A stretch of DNA of 41,484 bases, taken from IMG/VR virus record IMGVR_UViG_3300010354_000194, positions 1-41,484 of that record; one strand, 5' to 3'. The notes under the pieces are model-generated. The model saw only the letters and a list, made by a program, of their open reading frames with translations. It was not told the origin of the DNA and made no database searches. Source of the stretch: a virus. Taxonomy: Duplodnaviria; Caudoviricetes. Position numbers and translations under genes: made by a program. Below are positions 35,415-41,484 of the stretch, piece by piece. Position 1 is the first letter of the stretch. Each line of letters opens with the position of its first letter.

Positions 35415-37169
35415 TTAAGCGGCTTGCGTGCTGAACTCTCGGTCGGGATTCATTGCGTTACTGTAGCGTACGGCCCGCCGCAGCATCCGGGTGTCGCGGG
35501 ATCCGGTCGCCCCGACCGCCGGGCTGCCGGCCACCGCGCCTTTGCGGCGCAGCAGCTCGACAAGCATGACGAACGCGTCGGCCTCGTCGGGGGAGTAACC
35601 AAGGCGCTCCTTCATCTCCTTCTTGGTCTCGATGCGGATTTTCTTCTCTTTGACCGTCTCGTACTGCCGGGCCGCGAGCTGGTCGCGGAGCATCTTGTAG
35701 TCCTCGTTCAGCCCACCGACCATCCCCTCCTCCATCCACGCCCGCCCGGCCCACCAGAGCTCGGAAACGAAGCGGTCGAACAGCTCGGAGCAGTTCTCAG
35801 TATCCGTCTTCTTGAGACGGCGATCGGTCGCCCCGCCGCCAAAGTTGCAGCGGTTGATGTCCGGCGCCCAGTCCTTCTCGAGAATGGCGGCCACGCCGCG
35901 GCCGGCGCCGGTCACGTCGAGGATGAAGTTCTCGCTCTTCACTTCGTGCTTCAGGCACAGGCGCTTCACCTCTGCGGCGATCAGGTAGTCGAGCGGCTCC
36001 GACTTGTCGTTCACGGCGACCTTGATCGGGATCGACGCAACCATGTTCATCGCAAAAGGCGTGTTGTTGGCCGACCCATACTCAGCAATCGCCAGCACGC
36101 ACTGGTCTCCCCCCTCGAACGCGGGGTCGAGCGACGCGACGCGCGTCGGTTTCATCTGATACTCCAATTTCTTCTCGGCCTTGTTCAGCACCGACGACGG
36201 GAAGATGACGCCAAAAAGGCCCTCGGGGGCAAACCAGCCGCGGACGAACGTCCACCAGCGGGGCGAGCCCTCACCGAACGCTTTTGCCACGCTGTCGAGG
36301 TAGTCCTGACGGATGAGAAACGGAAAAACGGTCTTCCCGTGCTTGATGTTGGCGCTCTTCAGGCCGTCCAACCTGATGCAGACTCCGCCGCGTTTAGTCT
36401 CCCAGAACTGGTCGATCTCCGGGTCGATTGTGCCCCAGCCGCTGCTTGGTTCGCACCACGTCCCAAACTCCGAGTAGCGCCGCGTCGGGTTCGCCAACTG
36501 AGCCATGCGGAAATCCGGGTCCGTCATCAGATTGGCCGCTGCCTCAAATATGGCCGACGGCGTGCCCTGCGCCTCGTCGATGACCACGTAGCGCCGCTTC
36601 CGCGAGTGCGTCCCCTGAATCTTTTCCACGGCGTCCTGCCCGCGATCGGTCGCGATGCCTTCGACAACATACTTGTCCTCCTTCGTCCCCGCCGGCCGGA
36701 TCGTCATGTCATGGTTGCGAACGTCGAACATCAAACCGCCCAGAGTATTAGGGGCGATCTGAGCCGTGCGTATTGCCGACACGGTGTCGGCCCACAGACG
36801 TTTGCGCAGACCGGGAAGGTGCGTCGAGGTGAGCGTGATGATCGCGTTCTGCGGGTCAGCGATGAAAGACGTGGCGGCGATGTGCCCGAACGTGTGGGTT
36901 TTCGCGGCGCTCGCGTGGCCGATGACGGAGATCACTCGGTATTTGCACCAAGCCCACGTCAGCAACTCGAGATCGTCCCGCCAGCGCGGAACGCCGGGCT
37001 CAATCTCGCCACCATAGAGCTGCGGCCACATCGCGACCATTGCGTTCCTTAGATGGCCTTGCTGGCCAAGACCGCCCTGATCGGGGGTGCGCGCCTGCGC
37101 GTAGCACGACAACTCGATCATCGCGTCGGACCACCCGTCGGGAAAATTTCCGCCGTAACGGTTTATCAC
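35415..37169 (-). CDS. terL: Terminase large subunit
   Basis: Walker A-like GHASAAKT, Walker B VVIDEA, ANP coupling motif, nuclease SLDPAFEGGD and SPDEADA. Confidence 0.9.
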   Translation of the reverse strand: MINRYGGNFPDGWSDAMIELSCYAQARTPDQGGLGQQGHLRNAMVAMWPQLYGGEIEPGVPRWRDDLELLTWAWCKYRVISVIGHASAAKTHTFGHIAATSFIADPQNAIITLTSTHLPGLRKRLWADTVSAIRTAQIAPNTLGGLMFDVRNHDMTIRPAGTKEDKYVVEGIATDRGQDAVEKIQGTHSRKRRYVVIDEAQGTPSAIFEAAANLMTDPDFRMAQLANPTRRYSEFGTWCEPSSGWGTIDPEIDQFWETKRGGVCIRLDGLKSANIKHGKTVFPFLIRQDYLDSVAKAFGEGSPRWWTFVRGWFAPEGLFGVIFPSSVLNKAEKKLEYQMKPTRVASLDPAFEGGDQCVLAIAEYGSANNTPFAMNMVASIPIKVAVNDKSEPLDYLIAAEVKRLCLKHEVKSENFILDVTGAGRGVAAILEKDWAPDINRCNFGGGATDRRLKKTDTENCSELFDRFVSELWWAGRAWMEEGMVGGLNEDYKMLRDQLAARQYETVKEKKIRIETKKEMKERLGYSPDEADAFVMLVELLRRKGAVAGSPAVGATGSRDTRMLRRAVRYSNAMNPDREFSTQAA

Positions 37170-38584
37170 GTTGGGACCGTGAGGTAGAACGGAACGTGAA
37201 CCGTCTTGTCGTTCACTTTGAATGTCAGGTACTGCCCGCTGGTAGTCCCCGGGGTCTCTCCCATCATAAATTTGTTCGTCGAATTCGGATGAACATCGAA
37301 CTCGGTTCCTCCGAACCTCCCGTTTGAGATCGTTGTGATCCCGGAGCTGTCGATGAAAACGCGGTTGAATCCCTGACGGTCGCGAAGGCCCACAGTAGCC
37401 GACCCGCTGTTGCCGGGGGTGAGAAACACGCTCCCGGGAGCGACACCGTGACTGTTGCCAAAAACGTCAAGCTGACCCCCTGACGCGGAACCGTCAGACG
37501 TTCCTCCATTGACCCGGACGACGCCGGCCGCTTGGTCGGTGCAGATCAGGCACTGGTCGTCGACTACGATTTTACCACCCAAAATCTTGGGAGTCGTGAT
37601 CTGAACATTAGCAGCCAGCGTGTCGACGATCACGTTCGTCAGGGTCACCGTGTTGGCGGCCGTGTTGACGGTGAACGGGGTGATGTTTGTCGACCCGTTG
37701 TAGATTTTGAACACCGTCCCCGAGAACGCGATCTCGGAAACGTCACCGCCGACGCCGCTTGAGGACCGCAGGTTCATCGCGGTCACGACGTTCCCGGCAG
37801 AAACCTTGAGCGTGTACCCGCCAGACAAGTTGCCGTCGGCCGTGGCGCGGGCCTCTGCCTCGGTATTGATGGCTGCCTTGATCGTGTTGCCGGTGGCCGT
37901 CGTCAGCGACGCCTCAATCGCGCTGTTGGCCTGAGCCAACGCTCCGGCCGCATCCACTTTCGTAGTCTGCAGCGTGTTGATGCTGGCTCCGATCGTGCCC
38001 GCAGTGGTGCTAGACAGCGACGCCGAGATCGCGCTGTTGGCCTGAGCAAACGCCTCCGTCGCGGTGACCTTGGTCGTCTCCACCGTCGACACTCGCGCCA
38101 GCAGTCCGGTGCCGGCCGTCTGCACCTGCGTCTCCAGCGTCGCAGTGCGCGTCGCCACGGCGGACGTGTTAGTCGAGATGCTCGTGATTTGCTCAGTGAT
38201 CTTCGACGAGAACGCGTTGAAGCTGGTCTGGACGGTGAGAGTTTGCTGCGCGAACGCCTGCGTCGCGTCGGCGAACGCTACACGAGTTTCCACAATGCTT
38301 GCGTTAGCATTTGTGAGGTCTGTCGTGAATTTAGCCTCTATAGCGGTTATCTGCTCGGCCCGGGCGGAGTCCGCGGTCACCGCAGTCCGAAAAGCGGTCC
38401 CAGCCAGCGCCGATGCGGAGCCCACGGCGGTCGTCAGCTTGGACGCCGCGGCGACAATTTTCTCGTCAAGCTCGGCGGTGGCCGCCTCAAGCTCCGCCCG
38501 CAGAGCGTCCAGCGCCGCAGCACGGGCCTCGGATTCCCGCTTGATGCGGGCCAACAGCAGTTCGTCAGGTACGGAGCTGGCCAT
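37166..38584 (-). CDS. Tail fibre-like protein (coiled coil plus DUF1983/J-like beta region)
   Basis: A/T/S-rich heptads; 37-aa repeat (20-bp identity at 37917 and 38028); YTLKV...SEIAF...PFTV. Confidence 0.65.
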   Translation of the reverse strand: MASSVPDELLLARIKRESEARAAALDALRAELEAATAELDEKIVAAASKLTTAVGSASALAGTAFRTAVTADSARAEQITAIEAKFTTDLTNANASIVETRVAFADATQAFAQQTLTVQTSFNAFSSKITEQITSISTNTSAVATRTATLETQVQTAGTGLLARVSTVETTKVTATEAFAQANSAISASLSSTTAGTIGASINTLQTTKVDAAGALAQANSAIEASLTTATGNTIKAAINTEAEARATADGNLSGGYTLKVSAGNVVTAMNLRSSSGVGGDVSEIAFSGTVFKIYNGSTNITPFTVNTAANTVTLTNVIVDTLAANVQITTPKILGGKIVVDDQCLICTDQAAGVVRVNGGTSDGSASGGQLDVFGNSHGVAPGSVFLTPGNSGSATVGLRDRQGFNRVFIDSSGITTISNGRFGGTEFDVHPNSTNKFMMGETPGTTSGQYLTFKVNDKTVHVPFYLTVPT

Positions 38585-38631
38585 GTGGGGACATTAACCG
38601 GCCGCGGGCGCCGGGGCAACGGGGTGCCGGA

Positions 38632-39063
38632 TCACTTGCCCGACTGCTTTTGGTGCCGGATCCCGATCCACGCGTAGCCGATGGCGAAGCAAAAGGTCAC
38701 GATTTCGGGTTGCAGCCCGCCGAGCTGGTCGGCCGGCAGGTGCCAGACGTACCAGCAGGCGCCGATAACCATCGCCGGCCGAACCAACTTGGTGATCGCC
38801 TCGACTACCGTGAACACACCGTGAGTCCACGCAGGAGCGCCCGCGGGCGGGACATACGAAGACGAGAACCCTTCCTGCGCCTTGGTGAACGCTGCCAGCT
38901 CGCCGATAGCGATGTCCTTCTCTTTGATCGCCTGCAGTTCCGCGATGCGTCGTTTCGACGCGGACCATTCGCGGGCCTCCGCGGCGAACGTGCCGAGGAG
39001 CTGCGTAATTCCGCCGAGGACGGTGCCGCCGGCGGCGGAGATCAGGAAAGACCAGAAGCTCAT
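38632..39063 (-). CDS. Holin-like membrane protein (3TM/GTA-holin-like)
   Basis: ATG 39063 in ATGA overlap; hydrophobic N-terminus, LVRPAM transmembrane segment, C-terminal WIGIR plus basic tail. Confidence 0.6.
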   Translation of the reverse strand: MSFWSFLISAAGGTVLGGITQLLGTFAAEAREWSASKRRIAELQAIKEKDIAIGELAAFTKAQEGFSSSYVPPAGAPAWTHGVFTVVEAITKLVRPAMVIGACWYVWHLPADQLGGLQPEIVTFCFAIGYAWIGIRHQKQSGK

Positions 39064-39611
39064 ACGCTGAAGTGTCTGCGCAGTTGGAGGAAGGTCTTGG
39101 TCGCGATCACGCGCAGAATCCGCGAGCGCCAAGGAAACACAAAGCGGTACGGTCCGCTGTTAGGGGCCAGCTCAGGCAAGTCGCCGCCAAGCACGCGAAC
39201 GCGTACGGGCTTGCCATCAACGCGCCGCAGGTCGAGCCGCACGCCGGTGGTCGCGGCGTGCGATTGATCCGACGCGTTGCCAATGTCCACCAGCGGGTCG
39301 CCTTCGATCAAACCGGAGACAGAGATGTTTCGGCTGCCGCCCTTGATCGTAAACCCCATCCGGGTGCGCGGCGTAAATACCCACCGATCGGCCACAATCG
39401 AGACGTCGCGGCAGAGGTTGTTGACGTCCAGCGCATCCTCGCGGCCGCCGTGCACGACACCGAACTGCGCCGAAAACCCGGTCAGCCCGGTCGAGCACTT
39501 GATGGTGTCGGCAATCTCCTCCCCCGGGATCAGCGGCTTACCCCACGACACGAAGCGGCCGTTGTCGTGGGGGCCGTTGTACGAGAGCAGGTTGATGTCC
39601 CTGCTGCTCAT
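39060..39611 (-). CDS. Hypothetical protein, possible short parallel beta-helix
   Basis: DTIKCS, GGREDALDVNN.CRDVSI, GFTIKGGSRNISV. Confidence 0.6.
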   Translation of the reverse strand: MSSRDINLLSYNGPHDNGRFVSWGKPLIPGEEIADTIKCSTGLTGFSAQFGVVHGGREDALDVNNLCRDVSIVADRWVFTPRTRMGFTIKGGSRNISVSGLIEGDPLVDIGNASDQSHAATTGVRLDLRRVDGKPVRVRVLGGDLPELAPNSGPYRFVFPWRSRILRVIATKTFLQLRRHFSV

Positions 39612-39997
39612 TCCTTCAGCGCGCCGACGGAGATAAGTCCGTTCAGCACGTCGATCGGGATCTTGTTTTTCTCGATCTTCAGATCCTCGTCGGTGAACAC
39701 GGTAGCCGGCACGCCCTCCGCGTCAGCCGCGAGCGCCTCGTCGATCGCCGCCATAAATTCGGCGAACGCAGGCGTGTTGCGCTCGATGTTGAAGTTGCCG
39801 TCGGAGTCGGCTGTGCCCTTGGCGCGGACCAGCGCGATTCGGACCTTCTCAAAATCGGCCTCGGCGCTTTCGCACTTGCGAATCGTCTTGGCGATCTTGA
39901 GCCGCACAGCGCCCGACAGATCGAGCGGCGACTTTTGATCCATCTCGGCAAGCCGAGACAGATGTTTTTTCAGCGTGATGGCTTCGTGTGTTTTCAT
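39608..39997 (-). CDS. Tail-associated helical protein (DUF1617-like)
   Basis: ATG 39997 after TAGTCCC; L.GAVRLKIAK...EKVRIALV...G pattern. Confidence 0.6.
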   Translation of the reverse strand: MKTHEAITLKKHLSRLAEMDQKSPLDLSGAVRLKIAKTIRKCESAEADFEKVRIALVRAKGTADSDGNFNIERNTPAFAEFMAAIDEALAADAEGVPATVFTDEDLKIEKNKIPIDVLNGLISVGALKE

Positions 39998-40020
39998 GGG
40001 ACTAAAAACAGTCTCGCCAA

Positions 40021-40323
40021 TCAGACCTGCGGCGACGGTGCCGACGGATCGACCGGCAATCCTTGGTAGGGAGGAACAATCTCGACGATGGTGGCTCCGA
40101 GCTTGTTGGCAACAAATTCTGCGACAAAATTGTCGTCGGCGCCCCACAGAGCATATTGCCCAGAAGGCAAGTTTAGTTGCCCGTGGTGGAGCGCGTCGCC
40201 GTTGGCGCCAGTCAGGCGGTACGAGATCGATGCGTAGGATCCGAGAACCACGTTGCAGTTCAGGATCTCGATCGTGTCAGCCGCTCCGAGGAACGACGTT
40301 ATCGGTTGGATTTTGATTTTCAT
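40021..40323 (-). CDS. Tail-associated hypothetical protein
   Basis: ATG 40323 in ATGA overlap; G.LNL...QYALWGADD.FV...VA.KLG. Confidence 0.65.
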   Translation of the reverse strand: MKIKIQPITSFLGAADTIEILNCNVVLGSYASISYRLTGANGDALHHGQLNLPSGQYALWGADDNFVAEFVANKLGATIVEIVPPYQGLPVDPSAPSPQV

Positions 40324-40763
40324 GCGGAAGGTTGTGGCAGGGTGCGCGGAACTTGCAGCCACGACACAGTCGCCTCGTCCCACTTATATTTCATTCCTGC
40401 TGCGGGAGGCGTACTGGGTCTCGGAATAGGCGGATACCAGTCGCAGATATCTTCGTTCAGGAGCCAGCTCGGGTAGGGCTTGGGCGGGATGAAGGCGTCA
40501 CGAACTGAGTCGTAAGTGTAGCCCGGATGCGCGTAGTTCTTACGCAACGGAGTTCCTCCGGTACGATGGTGTCCGTGCCGTGTGTTGTACGAGGTTTGGA
40601 CCCAAGTGCCGCCAAAAGGCCGTCGCTCGATTTTTCCGTCGACCAGCACGCCTTTGAAACACTCGGTCGCTAAGTACTCCTGACCGCGGTGCTGCTGCTC
40701 GTCGGGCACGACGAGCACCTGCACGACGAGTCCGTCTGCGTCGATCTCGGCAAAGTGCGCCAC
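40320..40763 (-). CDS. Conserved tail-fibre-associated protein
   Basis: GTG 40763: MAHFAEID..V.QVLVV, WVQTSYN, RKNYA.PGYTYD..RDAFIPPKPYPSW; a common partner of Gly-rich tail genes. Confidence 0.8.
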   Translation of the reverse strand: MAHFAEIDADGLVVQVLVVPDEQQHRGQEYLATECFKGVLVDGKIERRPFGGTWVQTSYNTRHGHHRTGGTPLRKNYAHPGYTYDSVRDAFIPPKPYPSWLLNEDICDWYPPIPRPSTPPAAGMKYKWDEATVSWLQVPRTLPQPSA

Positions 40764-40764
40764 G

Positions 40765-41484
40765 TCAGTTGTTCCTCCACTTGTAGGCAACGACAACAAG
40801 TCCAGAACCGCCGCTGCCGTAACTGCCTCCCGGATTTCCTCCGGGCCAATTTCCGCCACCACAACCGCCGCCGCCGCCGCCACCGGCACCAGTATTAGCC
40901 ACTGCAGAACCCCCAGTTCCGGGTGTGCTACCGTTACCGTCACCGCCTTCGCCGCCGCTGCCTCCTACGCTATTTGCCCCCGCGCCCCCGGCCCCACCTG
41001 AATAGCCGTAAGCAAACCCACCACCGCCACCACCACCACCGCCGCCGCCATAGGTTCCACTATAAGCATTTGCGAATGGAACTGTGTTCACAGTTGTTCC
41101 GGTACTACCGGGAGCTCCAGCCCCTCCGTTACCATAAGACACTCCACCACTGCCGCCAGAACCCCCACTCGCACCTCCTCCCCCGTAAGCCACAACTGTG
41201 GACAATGAGCTATCGTTTCCTCCTCCTGCGCCAACTGTCAAAGTCCACGGGGTGTTTAGTCCGAAATCCCCGGTAGTCCACGCATAGGGGTTGACCAAAA
41301 CTTGTCCCCCATTACCGCCACCGCCGCCGCTACCACCATCTTCATAAGAAAAGTCGTACCCGCTGGGGTCGCCACCCCAGCCATCCTGACCACCGCCTAC
41401 CAGCAACACCTTAACCGAATACGCGCTACTAGCGTACGAGGTAAACGTGATATTTGCCGTCGAATAGAAATAGTGATACTTCCA
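40765..41484 (-). CDS. Glycine-rich tail protein, partial (5' end outside the window)
   Basis: Frame is open to 41484 (WKYHYFYST...VLLVGGG); ANTGAGGGG and GGSGLVVVAY ending. Confidence 0.8.
   Translation of the reverse strand, partial: WKYHYFYSTANITFTSYASSAYSVKVLLVGGGQDGWGGDPSGYDFSYEDGGSGGGGGNGGQVLVNPYAWTTGDFGLNTPWTLTVGAGGGNDSSLSTVVAYGGGGASGGSGGSGGVSYGNGGAGAPGSTGTTVNTVPFANAYSGTYGGGGGGGGGGGFAYGYSGGAGGAGANSVGGSGGEGGDGNGSTPGTGGSAVANTGAGGGGGGGCGGGNWPGGNPGGSYGSGGSGLVVVAYKWRNN

Larger units (their letters stand above)
1..41484. mobile_element. Temperate tailed bacteriophage (podovirus-like), partial genome; host possibly Verrucomicrobiota/Opitutaceae
   Basis: TerL, portal, capsid, tail-tube and ejection genes with no tape measure or sheath gene; PolA, primase and helicase; integrase and excisionase; dense ATGA/GTGA-coupled genes; no host housekeeping genes. 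Confidence 0.93.

Noticed and set aside
29754-37052. Long + strand ORFs (29754, 31041, 32615, 35424)
   Set aside because: Mirror frames of capsid, scaffold, portal and terL
37917-38047. 20-bp direct repeat as a DGR or invertible element
   Set aside because: In-frame 37-aa fibre repeat; no reverse transcriptase or invertase present
40765-41400. CCG/CCA-rich simple repeats
   Set aside because: Explained by poly-Gly coding in the tail protein
1-41484. Circular or complete genome with terminal repeats
   Set aside because: The ends share no repeat and the truncated ORFs at each end do not join in frame

Overview
The whole window is an internal, near-complete piece of a high-GC temperate tailed phage with podovirus-like structural genes. 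No host genes are visible and both ends cut phage ORFs. Layout: (1) 1-975, small leftward genes including a signal-peptide-bearing i-type (destabilase-like) lysozyme. (2) 1142-12167, a rightward regulation and replication arm: tandem RHH regulator, HTH, RuvC-like resolvase, SF2 helicase, DUF2800-like nuclease, putative SSB, family A DNA polymerase (Leu762 type), PD-(D/E)XK nuclease, dATP/dGTP diphosphohydrolase, primase-helicase and excisionase. (3) A tyrosine integrase beside a repeat-rich attP-like region, followed by a small operon (hypothetical, DUF932, RHH). (4) 14975-41484, a leftward morphogenesis arm: tail accessory genes, holin-like genes, fibre, TerL, Cys-rich protein, portal, scaffold, major capsid, tail tube/adaptor, ejection proteins and a 2276-aa polyvalent protein. 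Most notable: the giant protein is built of effector-like modules (zincin, unknown, HDxxGH, ART-like, HhH-GPD-like) joined by a recurring [FYL]RP[ED] linker; an EF-hand/dockerin-like motif resembling Opitutaceae surface proteins is inserted in the tail tube protein, suggesting a Verrucomicrobiota host; a TCCC/TCCCTACC motif precedes many start codons in place of Shine-Dalgarno; and a 12-bp GTAATACAACAA operator-like motif recurs three times. All family assignments come from motif recognition by eye, not database searches.
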